From: a virus
Lineage: Duplodnaviria > Caudoviricetes
Strand: one strand, 5' to 3'
Length of the DNA stretch: 53,266 nt
Virus record (IMG/VR): IMGVR_UViG_3300049928_000019
Span: 1-53,266 of that record
Shown here in pieces: positions 26,556-36,829 of this stretch; within the stretch, counting starts at the first letter, position 1; each line of letters opens with the position of its first letter. The notes below the pieces were generated by a model. The model saw only the letters and a list, made by a program, of their open reading frames with translations, ran no database searches and was not told the DNA's origin. The translations under genes were made by a program, and so were the position numbers.

Positions 26556-26741
26556 TTAAAATAGAATCAATCTGACGAACAGTTGCTTTGCAGCTGGAAT
26601 CCATATGTTTTTGTATACAACGATCGACAGATCTGATTTTTTTTGAATGCTAATTGTATACTCTTCCAGCGCCTCTTCCTTTTGACTTTCGCAACAGGAA
26701 AAAACAAATATGATAGATAATAGTATGATTAATTTTTTCAT
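26556..26741 (-). CDS. Small putative lipoprotein
   Basis: MKKLIILLSIIFVFSC signal/lipobox. Confidence 0.5.
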   Translation of the reverse strand: MKKLIILLSIIFVFSCCESQKEEALEEYTISIQKKSDLSIVVYKNIWIPAAKQLFVRLILF

Positions 26742-26743
26742 AA

Positions 26744-27160
26744 TTATAAATATTTATATGGTATACGTATCACAAACGTAGATGTATCGAAGAAATACCA
26801 AATCCCACCGGCCCGGTACCAATCTGATGCGTGCTGACCTGAAATGGCAGTGCCAGTGTATTCATTATCGGTCCAGTTGGAATCGTTTGTAAGCAATGAT
26901 ATGGTTGTGGAGTTTGTTACTTTAGACCCACCACTGACTGTCGGCACCATATCTACCGTTGCGAATGCATTGGGCGCAATTGGTCTGAAGTCGTCCTTAT
27001 ATCCAACTGCGGACTCAAAATTAAGTCCACCATCTAAAAAGTTAGGATAGCTAACGGCAATTTCATTTAATATTGTACGGGTATTGTCAGCCTTCGTCCT
27101 TTTGCCTCCGCTTAGAATAAATGCTGCAATATCACTTAGAATTCCGCTTGTATTTTTCAT
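26744..27160 (-). CDS. Hypothetical virion-associated protein
   Basis: 138-aa ORF coupled to the tail-completion gene. Confidence 0.6.
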   Translation of the reverse strand: MKNTSGILSDIAAFILSGGKRTKADNTRTILNEIAVSYPNFLDGGLNFESAVGYKDDFRPIAPNAFATVDMVPTVSGGSKVTNSTTISLLTNDSNWTDNEYTGTAISGQHASDWYRAGGIWYFFDTSTFVIRIPYKYL

Positions 27161-27774
27161 TGCAATCCAGAATAATAGTGTCCGTCATTAGTTTGATTAA
27201 CAGAAGCCGTTGCGTAGGCCTCAAGTAAAGGATTTCCGGTGAGTAATCCAACTTTTTCCAGTACTTCTACAGAAAAAGTAATGCGGCCCATGCGTGTATT
27301 CAGGGCGTCGTTATTCATATCCTTACTGTCAGCCTGTATATTGATATCCTGAACAGACACGCGTTGCACAAAGCCGGGATTATAATTCAACGTTCGGTAA
27401 ATTGGATTATCCAGAATGGCCCTGCAAAGCCCAATGAGCTTCTGTAATTTCACTCCGGATAAGTTGTCGCCGTCAGCCGTATCGTCGCTTGGTGAGCTAC
27501 AGTACACGTCCACATTGTACACGTATGTTCCAAGTATCTCCCCGTTGTATTCCTTCAGCAGCGGATACGACCCCATAGCGAACGACAGATTTATTACAGG
27601 CAGATCCTCCTTATCATTCGGGTTGGCCGATTCGACAAAAACCTTCATTGCCCCGAAGTCAGGATCGTACGTCAACAGATATTGCCCTTCAAACTCATCG
27701 GCAAGGATAATAGCTATCCTCTCCCTAATAAGTTCAAACGCCTGTGGTCCTAATACTGTTTTTATCTTCGGCAT
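27157..27774 (-). CDS. Putative tail terminator/completion protein
   Basis: Position after the head-closure gene; acidic alpha/beta pattern (LPVINLSF, YNVDVY, GRITFSV). Confidence 0.55.
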   Translation of the reverse strand: MPKIKTVLGPQAFELIRERIAIILADEFEGQYLLTYDPDFGAMKVFVESANPNDKEDLPVINLSFAMGSYPLLKEYNGEILGTYVYNVDVYCSSPSDDTADGDNLSGVKLQKLIGLCRAILDNPIYRTLNYNPGFVQRVSVQDINIQADSKDMNNDALNTRMGRITFSVEVLEKVGLLTGNPLLEAYATASVNQTNDGHYYSGLQ

Positions 27775-27777
27775 CTA

Positions 27778-28167
27778 TTATCTCGTTAACGGCTGCTGGT
27801 AATCATTCAGAAATATAAGTATGATTCCGGTCTGTTCATCCGGATGCCACGTTTTGCATTTGTAATTCAGCACAATGCCTGATACGTTTTTTACACTGAC
27901 CTTGTGATCCTTAAATGTAACCTCATTATTCGCATCCCTGAATGTGTACCCGGCATCGATCAGCGCCTGATTGGAAACGGCAACGTTCGCAAGTTTGGTA
28001 TTTACAAGATTCCCGTCGCCGTCAACATTGAACCACACCTCTGTATGCATTCCAATAATATTAATCGTAATACCAGACGGGGAAATAAATTGAATCGGAA
28101 CACCCCACCCGTTTGAATCGGTGGTTATCCGTGTTATATCCTTACGAATATTGTCAATAATTCCCAT
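27778..28167 (-). CDS. Putative head-closure protein (gpFII-like)
   Basis: Small beta-rich ORF immediately after the major capsid gene. Confidence 0.5.
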   Translation of the reverse strand: MGIIDNIRKDITRITTDSNGWGVPIQFISPSGITINIIGMHTEVWFNVDGDGNLVNTKLANVAVSNQALIDAGYTFRDANNEVTFKDHKVSVKNVSGIVLNYKCKTWHPDEQTGIILIFLNDYQQPLTR

Positions 28168-28186
28168 CCTAAAAGGTTTGGATTTT

Positions 28187-28224
28187 AAAAAAAATACCCA
28201 CTCGGCGAATGGGTATTTTTTTTT
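28187..28224. terminator. Bidirectional intrinsic terminator after the major capsid gene
   Basis: A-tract-TACCCA...TGGGTA-T-tract. Confidence 0.85.
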
Positions 28225-28245
28225 ATTTTTTACGTTTGAGTTAAA

Positions 28246-29334
28246 TTATACTCCAGTTTTCAATGTCCATAAACGATCCACCGCTACAGGGATGGCAACG
28301 AAGGCAGACTTAACATCCACATCGTGTTTGGCTCTTCTGAAGTCAGGGAATTCATTTACAAGGAACTTGCACTGGAAAGGAGCGACACGGGCACCGTTTG
28401 TATCAATCAGCAACTGCGGAACAGCAGCGTAACTCAATACGAATTCAGGATTGTCCGGAAGCATTACAACGGTGTTATCGTCGATGTACGGAGTAAGAAC
28501 CCCTGTAACCGGATCGTTATAATACTGAGGATAACCCCAAAGAGTCAGCTCGTAGTTTCCAACGGACAGCCTGCCTTGTGGAACTCCTCCGATAGAATCT
28601 CTTTGTGGTGGATTAATGTCATCCAACTTCATGTTGAATAAGTTTTGTCTTTGTAAGAAGTAGTTGTTTTTCTTCAAATCCGACAATGCCTTGGCTCCGC
28701 AAATTAAATTGAAACGACCACCAGCCGCCTTACCTGTCTTTCTCAGGAAGTCGCAACCTAACTGCAATTGATCGTAAGGGTCAATGCCTGTCGGGGCGAT
28801 TGAAGTGCCGCCCGTGTTAGCCCAATAGTTGCCAGCGCCAGGGTCAACAATTGAAGCTGCCTTTCTTTTAAAATCAATATTGTCGCCATTTTTCAGAGTA
28901 ACAATACCGGTCTGTAACACCTGTGCGCATTGAAGCTCGGCAGCCCTGTCGATCTTGTTCATGATCTCTTTCAATTTCATTGCACCTGAATACACGAAAT
29001 TAGCCCAATCTGAACCGGTGATCTGGGTAGATCCAAACATGCGGTCATACAGATCAAGTTCGGTCATATCAAAGTATTCATCATACAATGGCGGAACGAA
29101 GATTTTTTCAGTAGATCGCGGGAACTTGTTACGCGTACCTTCTGTACCGCGCACCACATCAACAGCGACCAATTCAAAGCCTCTTTGAACTTCAATAGAG
29201 ATTTCTTTAGTAGGCGAATATGTCTCTTTAAAATATGATCTTAAAAGGCCCGTAGGCTCTACCATCTGTTTGTAGACAGCGACAAGGTCTTTGGTAAATA
29301 ACGGTCTTGCGTCCGTGGTTGCGATATTACTCAT
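28246..29334 (-). CDS. Major capsid protein (lambda gpE family)
   Basis: 362 aa; IDRAAELQCAQVLQTG; downstream of the protease and decoration genes; followed by a terminator. Confidence 0.85.
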   Translation of the reverse strand: MSNIATTDARPLFTKDLVAVYKQMVEPTGLLRSYFKETYSPTKEISIEVQRGFELVAVDVVRGTEGTRNKFPRSTEKIFVPPLYDEYFDMTELDLYDRMFGSTQITGSDWANFVYSGAMKLKEIMNKIDRAAELQCAQVLQTGIVTLKNGDNIDFKRKAASIVDPGAGNYWANTGGTSIAPTGIDPYDQLQLGCDFLRKTGKAAGGRFNLICGAKALSDLKKNNYFLQRQNLFNMKLDDINPPQRDSIGGVPQGRLSVGNYELTLWGYPQYYNDPVTGVLTPYIDDNTVVMLPDNPEFVLSYAAVPQLLIDTNGARVAPFQCKFLVNEFPDFRRAKHDVDVKSAFVAIPVAVDRLWTLKTGV

Positions 29335-29383
29335 CTTTGTATAGGATGTTTAGTTTTTTAAATTTTTAAAGCAGCCATTTTGA

Positions 29384-29827
29384 TTAATTGTCGTAATCGG
29401 TAAGGTCTACGCTTGGTTTGATGAAAATACCGACTGTATCGAACTGGATACGGTCGAACAACTGGCGGCCACTTACAATGGTACTTAATGTGTCAGTGCC
29501 GTTGTTGAAAACGATCAGCTCCTGCGCTACGTCTCCGCATACGCCATACATTAAACTGGTAACTGCGCCAGGCTGGATTGTGTAGTCCTGCGCCAGAATA
29601 CCAATAGGAAACTGAGAGCCATCGGAAGCTGTTGATTTTAGTGGAACGACTGCGCCAGTTGCGGCAATACGGCCAATTACGGTACCAGCCGGAAGTGTCA
29701 CAGCGACATATCCAGAGTTGGTATAATTTCCGGATTGGTAACGGTTATTAAGTAAAAAAATTTTACTTAAATCGTAGTTAGTCGTCTGCTGATTGTTCGT
29801 GCTAACTGTTACTTGGTTTGTACTCAT
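29384..29827 (-). CDS. Head decoration protein (lambda gpD-like)
   Basis: LPAGTVIGR...ASDGSQFPIGILAQD motif; between protease and capsid genes. Confidence 0.82.
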   Translation of the reverse strand: MSTNQVTVSTNNQQTTNYDLSKIFLLNNRYQSGNYTNSGYVAVTLPAGTVIGRIAATGAVVPLKSTASDGSQFPIGILAQDYTIQPGAVTSLMYGVCGDVAQELIVFNNGTDTLSTIVSGRQLFDRIQFDTVGIFIKPSVDLTDYDN

Positions 29828-29859
29828 TGCTTTGAGGTGTTAAATAGTTAGACGTTTGA

Positions 29860-30909
29860 CTAAGCAGAAACGCCGAGTTTCTCTTTTATTTTAGCGTCCA
29901 TTTCAGCTCTGAAAGCAGTCATGTCAGCTTCTTTTTTCTTGCCTTCTGCCGTTGGTGAAGCAGCACTTGCAGCACCGGCTTCAGGCAATTTAACCGCAGG
30001 AACAGCTTCAGCAGCGGCCTCTGTTACAATTGCCTTGCCGGCAGCCTTCAGGGTAAACTCTCCCATGTGTTTAGGAGTAATTCCTTTGCCTGAAGCGATA
30101 CCTTCTTCAACCGCTTTAGCGTCTATGCCGTTGAAGGTCATCCAGCCTTCAACTCTTTCTTTTTCGGCTGCAACGCCCTCTGCCATAGCCTGAGCATATA
30201 CCGAAGGGTGGCTTACTTTAAGTGTTTGTAAATCCATTTGTATGATCTGTTTTGTTGGTACTTCTGTTTTTTCAATTGATACTGTTTTTTCAACAGCTAC
30301 AGGCTCTATATATTGGGCTGCAACTAAATGCATATGAGCCTTAATTTCTTCTTTTTTGGATGGCGTAATAGTTGTTATCTTATTTACCAATCCTATTTTT
30401 TTGGCCTCTGCTGGAGTAAGAAAAACATTAATTCTATAATCCAGTGAAAATATATCCTTAACTTTTGCACCCTTTAATTCAGGCTTTGAATCCATGATAG
30501 ACTGAAGCGCTTCAAGATTCAATTTATTCTTTACAGCCTTTTCAAATTTTGAATTTATTCTGTTGAGGTAGGCCTTGGCCTCATCGTCAAAATAATCCGG
30601 ATTGTTTTCAATGTAGTCCGGCAGTCCGGCCCGGTGCATCATGAAATCGGAGATGTCAAAACATTCAACATCATCGGCGTTAACGCAAAAATAAAAACCA
30701 GCTGAATAGGCGTTGCCATCTACAACTACCAACTTCCTTTTTGGGTGTTCGGAAAATTTTGCAATCATTCCAAAATTGTAAGAAGTCGATCCTCCTGGTG
30801 TGTTTACGCGAATACGAACATCTTCGTCAATAGCTGCATCCATTTGTGTAATGAACTGGGCCGCTGAATATTCGTTTACTCCACCATACAGAAGTATTTC
30901 TTTTGCCAT
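29860..30909 (-). CDS. ClpP-like prohead protease with C-terminal scaffold (possible nested start at 30237)
   Basis: RVNTPGGS, AYSAG, MMHRA, EAKKIGLV; Ala-rich C-terminus beginning MDLQTLKVSHPSVY. Confidence 0.85.
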   Translation of the reverse strand: MAKEILLYGGVNEYSAAQFITQMDAAIDEDVRIRVNTPGGSTSYNFGMIAKFSEHPKRKLVVVDGNAYSAGFYFCVNADDVECFDISDFMMHRAGLPDYIENNPDYFDDEAKAYLNRINSKFEKAVKNKLNLEALQSIMDSKPELKGAKVKDIFSLDYRINVFLTPAEAKKIGLVNKITTITPSKKEEIKAHMHLVAAQYIEPVAVEKTVSIEKTEVPTKQIIQMDLQTLKVSHPSVYAQAMAEGVAAEKERVEGWMTFNGIDAKAVEEGIASGKGITPKHMGEFTLKAAGKAIVTEAAAEAVPAVKLPEAGAASAASPTAEGKKKEADMTAFRAEMDAKIKEKLGVSA

Positions 30910-30912
30910 TGT

Positions 30913-30973
30913 GCTATAAAAATGAAATTATTTTAATAATACTCTAAAATTTGTATTACCGTAACATATAATT
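30913..30973. promoter_or_regulatory. Conserved late regulatory element, copy 1
   Basis: GCTA-N10-ATTATT-N14-AAATTTGTAT-N5-TAACATATAATT, colinear without gaps with 44482-44542. Confidence 0.7.
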
Positions 30974-30987
30974 TATTAAATTTGTAT

Positions 30988-31170
30988 ATGCAAAAAAAGA
31001 GTTCAAGATACCCATACCTGGCCGTGTATGGAGTTAACCCGACGGTTCACGAAGACCTGAAAACTATTGCCGATAATTTAGGCATAGACCTGTCTGCCCT
31101 TATTAAGCCTAAACTAAGAGAGCTTCGGGATAGTTATCCGGAAGCTCTCAGAAAATCAAAGGAACATTAA
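30988..31170 (+). CDS. Small ribbon-helix-helix (Arc/MetJ-like) regulator
   Basis: Strand YLAVYGV, helix PTVHEDLKTIADNLG, helix LSALIKPKLREL. TAAATTTG at 30977-30984 just before the ATG suggests a leaderless mRNA. Confidence 0.62.
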   Translation: MQKKSSRYPYLAVYGVNPTVHEDLKTIADNLGIDLSALIKPKLRELRDSYPEALRKSKEH

Positions 31171-31185
31171 AATTTGGTTTGATGC

Positions 31186-32907
31186 TTACCGCTTGCTATT
31201 ATTTTTCTTTTTTACAGGTTTATTATCTCCACCCGGTTCAGCTGCCGGCTGTATAATTGTCGGATCTGTTATACCAAGACTTTCAGCGTAATCTTTTTCA
31301 TCTGCAAACTGATCCACATTCTCAAAATATTCGCCACCTTCAAGACGTTCTGTTGCGCGCTCTACCGTAGTAAGCGGCAATGCTGCGGATGATGTGCCAA
31401 GTTTCAAGCGCTCTGCCTGTACTTCTTTCAGCGGGTCTATATGCGGAACGATAGCCCCCACAAACCTTGCGCTTCTATATCCTGCTAAGGCCATGTTGTT
31501 ATTTTCCAGACGGGCTTTTAAATAACCAGGTGCCTGAATTTTTAAAGACAGAATTTCAATTTCCAGCCAGTACGTATAAATAGGCTTCAGGAATGCGTTT
31601 GCAAAATCCTTTCTCTTCACATTCAATGAATGCTCCCAATCTTTTATAGCTGCCCGTGAAGCCGAATAATTGCTGTCGTATTTGCTCGTTGCCACATCCG
31701 GAGGTATTCCGATGGCTGCGCATATAAGATCAATATTCACTTCGTAAAATTCTTTAAAGTGAAGTTCATTTTTAGACTCCAGCGCCTTTAATTCAGATTC
31801 CACCGGCATATTGTATGTCATCTTTCCGGTAGTAACGGAAATTTTATTGGCCAGGGCATTTCCCATCTGATCACGCGGCAAGTCGTTATCCACGTAACCA
31901 TCCACAGATATAGCCTTAGTAATCTCCTGCACATGCGGATTCTCGCCGGTTGACCCCAATTTATGAGCAATGAAGTACGCAATCTTCTGGCGCTCCTCCG
32001 CACTGCCTACCGTGGCCGCTTTGTATCGCTCCAGAACCTTTAAAATTTCCAGTACTGCAGTGAGTATCGGAACGCCGCGCATGTTATCCAGTCGCATCTC
32101 AAGTCCGTACACAAGGAATGCCTGTGTTATGCCTGTCTTTGTTCCGGTGGCCGGTATGCGTTCGTACTCCATATCATACGGACCATTCGGAACGATGCCG
32201 GCCTTGCGTACCCAATACGCCATGTGCCTTCCGGTGTCATCCATCTCAACGCCGTTTAGCAGCTTGTTTCCGTTATCTAAAACCTGTGGGAATATCTCAT
32301 TTCCGTACATAGGTGAAAACACATGCTCGCCATCAATAAGCTGAACATTCAAACCAAGATTTTTATCGTAGCGCAATACCACAAGTACGTCGCCACCAAT
32401 GATTGAATCCTTATACGCCTTCTGTTGCAGCTTGTCAAGATTCCACATCCGAGCATAATGACAATTCGTGCTTTCTTTAAAACCCCACCAGCGGGCTTCT
32501 ATGAGCTTTGAAAACTTCTGCGTATCAATATTTATTCCTTCCGATTCAAGAAGTACCGCATTAGGCTGTACCTGTAACGTCAATCCGCCGCCGACAACCC
32601 AGCTTATATACTTTCCCAGGAGGGCCTGCGCAATTTCAGATTCGTACCATCCCTGCCAGCTACGCACCCGAAGCATGACGTAATCCGGGCGGTAGTTTTT
32701 TGCCGGACCCATTTCGCCAAGTGTTTTCTCACCATTAAATCCCTGAGAATATAAATGGTTAAACTGTCCCATCATGGCGAAATCCATATTGGCAATAAAC
32801 CTTGAAATAGATTCGCGCTCTGGCGTGGGTAAACTTGAAACTTCCGGACTGGCTTTGGTTTCAGGATTAAATATTGAACGTACAAACTCCTTAACACCCA
32901 TTACCAT
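31186..32907 (-). CDS. Portal protein (lambda family)
   Basis: VVGGGLTL, GGDVLVV, NGVEMDDTGRHMAYW, RGVPIL, NYSASRAA, IDPLKEVQA. Confidence 0.92.
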   Translation of the reverse strand: MVMGVKEFVRSIFNPETKASPEVSSLPTPERESISRFIANMDFAMMGQFNHLYSQGFNGEKTLGEMGPAKNYRPDYVMLRVRSWQGWYESEIAQALLGKYISWVVGGGLTLQVQPNAVLLESEGINIDTQKFSKLIEARWWGFKESTNCHYARMWNLDKLQQKAYKDSIIGGDVLVVLRYDKNLGLNVQLIDGEHVFSPMYGNEIFPQVLDNGNKLLNGVEMDDTGRHMAYWVRKAGIVPNGPYDMEYERIPATGTKTGITQAFLVYGLEMRLDNMRGVPILTAVLEILKVLERYKAATVGSAEERQKIAYFIAHKLGSTGENPHVQEITKAISVDGYVDNDLPRDQMGNALANKISVTTGKMTYNMPVESELKALESKNELHFKEFYEVNIDLICAAIGIPPDVATSKYDSNYSASRAAIKDWEHSLNVKRKDFANAFLKPIYTYWLEIEILSLKIQAPGYLKARLENNNMALAGYRSARFVGAIVPHIDPLKEVQAERLKLGTSSAALPLTTVERATERLEGGEYFENVDQFADEKDYAESLGITDPTIIQPAAEPGGDNKPVKKKNNSKR

Positions 32908-33226
32908 ATCCTCCTTTACGTCTAAAATTGGCCTGATCAGAAAGGCGTGTCATACGGCCTTCTTTCTGATTGATCCAGCGCCACATCATTGTTTCTATTG
33001 CCTGTATAGACCTTGACAGGTCTTCAACACTTCGGTAAGTACCCTTTACCTGAGTTTGCCCGTTATCCAGGCTATAGTCTCCGGTGCCAGCGTTCCCGTT
33101 AATAGAAAACTCCAATATCAGCATCTGCATATTGTCTATGATTTGCTGGCATACCGCAATTTTAGCCTCAAGCGTTGTTTTGCTCTGGATGTAAGCCGTC
33201 ACCGATTTGTAGTATACTACTGTCAT
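32891..33226 (-). CDS. gpW-like head-tail joining protein
   Basis: Directly upstream of the portal; helix-hairpin-helix pattern YSLDNGQTQVKGTYRSVEDL. Confidence 0.6.
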   Translation of the reverse strand: MTVVYYKSVTAYIQSKTTLEAKIAVCQQIIDNMQMLILEFSINGNAGTGDYSLDNGQTQVKGTYRSVEDLSRSIQAIETMMWRWINQKEGRMTRLSDQANFRRKGGYGNGC

Positions 33227-33229
33227 AAT

Positions 33230-33727
33230 CTAAGGCGTTGTAATGGTTTCAATTTTAGCGTCTGAAATATTCAGAGTAACACTTATGGGAGTGTACGACC
33301 CGCCGGCTGTTGCAATACCAGACTGTATTAATGGTAAATTCTGATTAATCAAACTTACCATTGCATCCAGACCGTCCTGCAACTTCTGATACCTGACGGC
33401 ATGATCAACCGTGCCGCCCAGCTGCATTTTGCCGTCTTTCTTAAGCCATATAAAGTTTTTTACATTACCCTGTGCGTCCGTTGAAAACAACCTTGTCTCT
33501 CCTTCTTCAGCTAACAAATTTGTATTGAAATATCCAAGAAGTACATTCGTATCGTCGCTATCCGTTTTAGAATAAACAGCAACCATATCCTTTATCGGAG
33601 CGCTGTCTAAGCCGAATGGCGATACTTGAATAGGAGTCTGAACATCAATGCTGCCGTAACGATACGCTTTTACCAGCCTCCTTCCAAGGTTATCCAGATT
33701 CGATAATATGACTTTTAAAGTCTGCAC
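33230..33727 (-). CDS. Baseplate spike (Mu gp45-like)
   Basis: PFGLDSAP, EGETRLFS; follows the hub gene. Confidence 0.7.
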   Translation of the reverse strand: MQTLKVILSNLDNLGRRLVKAYRYGSIDVQTPIQVSPFGLDSAPIKDMVAVYSKTDSDDTNVLLGYFNTNLLAEEGETRLFSTDAQGNVKNFIWLKKDGKMQLGGTVDHAVRYQKLQDGLDAMVSLINQNLPLIQSGIATAGGSYTPISVTLNISDAKIETITTP

Positions 33728-33756
33728 TTGTTTATTTTAAAGTCTGCACTTGTTTA
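33713..33756. repeat. Perfect 22-bp tandem duplication spanning the hub stop and the spike start
   Basis: TTTTAAAGTCTGCACTTGTTTA at 33713-33734 and 33735-33756. Confidence 0.9.
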
Positions 33757-34845
33757 GAAATTCTGTGTAAATCCAGTAGGGGAATTTTGATGAGCGTCTA
33801 CGAAAATATTTTTTGGTTCCGACCCGTCATAGCATGACATAGGAACACACGTTAATATTGCTGTATGAGATTCCGAATTACCCTCGTAACTTACCGATTC
33901 AATAAAGAACTTGGTTCTTTTATAAATATACAACTTTTTATTCAATACCGATATTACTGAATTTGGCTTAATTATCTTGCCGTCAATAACCCACCGGTCT
34001 ATTTTAATAGTCAATACAACATTTTTAAGTTCGGCAGCTAATGCATTCTGTGCTGCTTGCTTTGTTGAATTATTGTCTCCGGAATTCTGTGTAATAGTTT
34101 TCGGCCTGTAAACGATTGGAACAAATGGATTTTCTATGGTATACTGCCCGGAGTTTCCACCATTCTTATCTGCCTGCCGCAATACGGTGATATGCGAATG
34201 CATCTGCTGCCCGGAAAATGTCATCGTCATTTCAGTACCTACCAGCCCCTCTTCAACATTCAATACCGGGAGCGATCCGCTGGCGATCCTTGTAAATAAA
34301 AGACGCCCAAATTCGTCATGTGAAATAATGATATTTCTTTGATTTGCCAGCCTTGTTAAAAACGAAGCTACTGAATCGGTTGGCTCTGCTGTTGTTTCCG
34401 AATAAACCTTATCCATTAGATCCTTTACAGCCGGATCAACCACAATACCTAATTTAAAAGGAGAAATTAACTTGGTGGCAATCTGCAAAAGCGACAACCC
34501 ATTATACTGTAATGGGTAGCTGTCCGGTGAAATACTGCAATCTTCCAATACGCCAGTCAGGGTGTACCCTCCGAATTGCGCAAACTCTTTTACGGACGAA
34601 TCCCTGAACCCCTGTGAAATTATATACCCGTGAAGAAACTGAATTCCGTTGTATTCAATCAACGCTTCATGAAAATGCGTTACACAAAAAAGTTCTTCCT
34701 GGTCGTGGTTTTCAGGATCAAAATAACAATCGAATTTAAAAACAGACGCAATACTATCGTACCTCAATTCTAAACTTACGTTATTAAAGAATTGAATTGT
34801 TCTTATTTTTAATCTGTCGTTTATTTTTAATACTAAACCCTGCAT
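33754..34845 (-). CDS. Baseplate hub protein (Mu gp44-like)
   Basis: TGVLEDCS, IATKLISPFKL, DEFGRLLF, FFIESVSY; size and position fit. Confidence 0.8.
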   Translation of the reverse strand: MQGLVLKINDRLKIRTIQFFNNVSLELRYDSIASVFKFDCYFDPENHDQEELFCVTHFHEALIEYNGIQFLHGYIISQGFRDSSVKEFAQFGGYTLTGVLEDCSISPDSYPLQYNGLSLLQIATKLISPFKLGIVVDPAVKDLMDKVYSETTAEPTDSVASFLTRLANQRNIIISHDEFGRLLFTRIASGSLPVLNVEEGLVGTEMTMTFSGQQMHSHITVLRQADKNGGNSGQYTIENPFVPIVYRPKTITQNSGDNNSTKQAAQNALAAELKNVVLTIKIDRWVIDGKIIKPNSVISVLNKKLYIYKRTKFFIESVSYEGNSESHTAILTCVPMSCYDGSEPKNIFVDAHQNSPTGFTQNF

Positions 34846-34863
34846 TGGATATCCCTGCTGTTG

Positions 34864-36099
34864 TTATATATAATAAACTACCTGTGTATTTTTCTTTATC
34901 TGAATCATTTGAGATATACCCCACTGATTATTTGCCATAAGCTCATTCATATTATTATCAAATTCATCCAGACCGTAAATCATGTGTGTAAGCACAATAA
35001 GATTTGTATCCCTATCAAGTAATAATTTTCGTTCCTGCTTTGCAGACAATGCAACGTTAAATAAATTTGAAATTACAAATGATATTAAATCTCGAAGAAG
35101 TATCAATGAATTATAGTCAGGAATATAGCTATCCAGTTCAGCGCCTGTTGGAGTCTGTATAGAATCCAGATCCAATATATACTGATTGTAATTATTAATT
35201 ATTATTGTAATAATATTAAGCACATCAGTCATATTTGTGTAATTCCCCTGCAATGGAGTGGAAGCGGCCACAGCAAGAGCCCCAACGGCAGCGGCACCAT
35301 TAACGGCATACAACTGCTTGGTTGATGCCGGAACCTTCTGATATGAATTTTTTGGCTGTATCTGAGTGCGTAAAGACTGAAACTGCATAGATAAAGTTTG
35401 TACCCGTATCTGAGTATTTGTTTCAATGAGCGCAGGCGCATTTATAACAGACTGCACAGCGCTCATTGCTATCTGAGGCGACGCCAGAGCATTGTTTATG
35501 TTTGCCTGCGCTATGCTGAATAAATTAAAAAAATTCTGAACATCAGCAGGAATCTGTAAAATAGGTATTGTTGTTTTATATAAATAGTTATTATTTTTTT
35601 GTAAGGTCTGAATATCGGTTCCGGATGGCGTGGTGGTGATACTGTTTATAAATGCGGCATCAGTATTGGCCTTGCTGAGCAAAATATTATCAACAGGATT
35701 TACTTTTGTAACAGGATTCTGCATGGCAATAGTTTCTATTACCTGACCGGTCACCTTTGTGGATCCCATCTGTGAATTATCATACATTAATCCAATAGGC
35801 TGAACCAATAACTGTCCATATATCGGATGTAATAACGTCCATGACCCCTGTACATCGGCTGACTTTCTGAAATCTTTAGCCTGAGAAATATTATCGTCCC
35901 CCTGAAAGTAAAATTCAATATCGTATACTGAACCTTTAGGCATACCCCTGTCAACCTTTGAACCATTCAGCCCTGGGAATGTAAATTCGGCAATAAAGTA
36001 ATTTACAGCAACGGTCGCATTTTTCCAATTAACAGTATAACTCAATCCATCAGCTGTTATTATTGTAAACGGAGATTCAACAAGCTCTATCCATGCCAT
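34864..36099 (-). CDS. Mu gp43-like DNA circularisation/tail protein
   Basis: N-terminal FTFPG...LLHPIYGQ (DNA_circ_N-like) and a C-terminal LysM-like segment. Confidence 0.72.
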   Translation of the reverse strand: MAWIELVESPFTIITADGLSYTVNWKNATVAVNYFIAEFTFPGLNGSKVDRGMPKGSVYDIEFYFQGDDNISQAKDFRKSADVQGSWTLLHPIYGQLLVQPIGLMYDNSQMGSTKVTGQVIETIAMQNPVTKVNPVDNILLSKANTDAAFINSITTTPSGTDIQTLQKNNNYLYKTTIPILQIPADVQNFFNLFSIAQANINNALASPQIAMSAVQSVINAPALIETNTQIRVQTLSMQFQSLRTQIQPKNSYQKVPASTKQLYAVNGAAAVGALAVAASTPLQGNYTNMTDVLNIITIIINNYNQYILDLDSIQTPTGAELDSYIPDYNSLILLRDLISFVISNLFNVALSAKQERKLLLDRDTNLIVLTHMIYGLDEFDNNMNELMANNQWGISQMIQIKKNTQVVYYI

Positions 36100-36827
36100 T
36101 ATCTTAGCGCCCTTTCAAATTGCTTTTTTGCCTGATCAATATAATAATCGTCCATTTTTTTAATTGTCATCATGCCGGCATTTTCGACAAAATGGTGCGG
36201 CTTAACTTTTACGCTTCTGCCTTTTTTAAACGAATACAACGGGGTTAATTTTAAATCAGAAGACTTTGCATGATTCAAACCATTAACCCGCCACAATGTA
36301 TTTTTAGAAAGAAAATACCCACCCTTGCCAGCTTTGTGTGCCGCCAATATAAAGTTTACTTTCTGATTGGAGCGCCCCATTTTAGAAGCGATCACAACAT
36401 TTTTTATTTTCTGCAATCGAGCATTTGCCCTGACCAGTGTCTTTGCGCCGCCAGTGCGTGCTGCCAGCATAGGTATTAACGCCTTCTTTTTTATAGCCCC
36501 GCCAGATTCCTGTTCTTCCAGATCCTTTACTGCAAAATTGCCCTCTTTAGGAGAACCCTTTAAGCTGTTGTCGTAAAATCCGGCTTTAGATTTCATTGAA
36601 CTTACATTGAACCCGTCCGCTTTTTCATACCTTGAATTTGCTTTAAAGAAAGTAGAAGATCGGTTCACAAAAGACTTTTTGGATGTCTCCAAAAGCGTAT
36701 TCGTCTTCATATCCTTTGCCGCCATTGTAAGAGACTCCCGGACAGCTACAGGAAAAGCCGAACGGTTAAGCCCTTTTAATTTTTTAGTAAAGGCGGATAC
36801 TGCCGATGCATCAACTCTTAGCTGCAT
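36099..36827 (-). CDS. Basic virion morphogenesis protein (lambda gpZ-like minor tail)
   Basis: Very basic, helical N-terminus, C-terminal KPHHFVENA; in the tail operon. Confidence 0.5.
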   Translation of the reverse strand: MQLRVDASAVSAFTKKLKGLNRSAFPVAVRESLTMAAKDMKTNTLLETSKKSFVNRSSTFFKANSRYEKADGFNVSSMKSKAGFYDNSLKGSPKEGNFAVKDLEEQESGGAIKKKALIPMLAARTGGAKTLVRANARLQKIKNVVIASKMGRSNQKVNFILAAHKAGKGGYFLSKNTLWRVNGLNHAKSSDLKLTPLYSFKKGRSVKVKPHHFVENAGMMTIKKMDDYYIDQAKKQFERALR

Positions 36828-36829
36828 GC

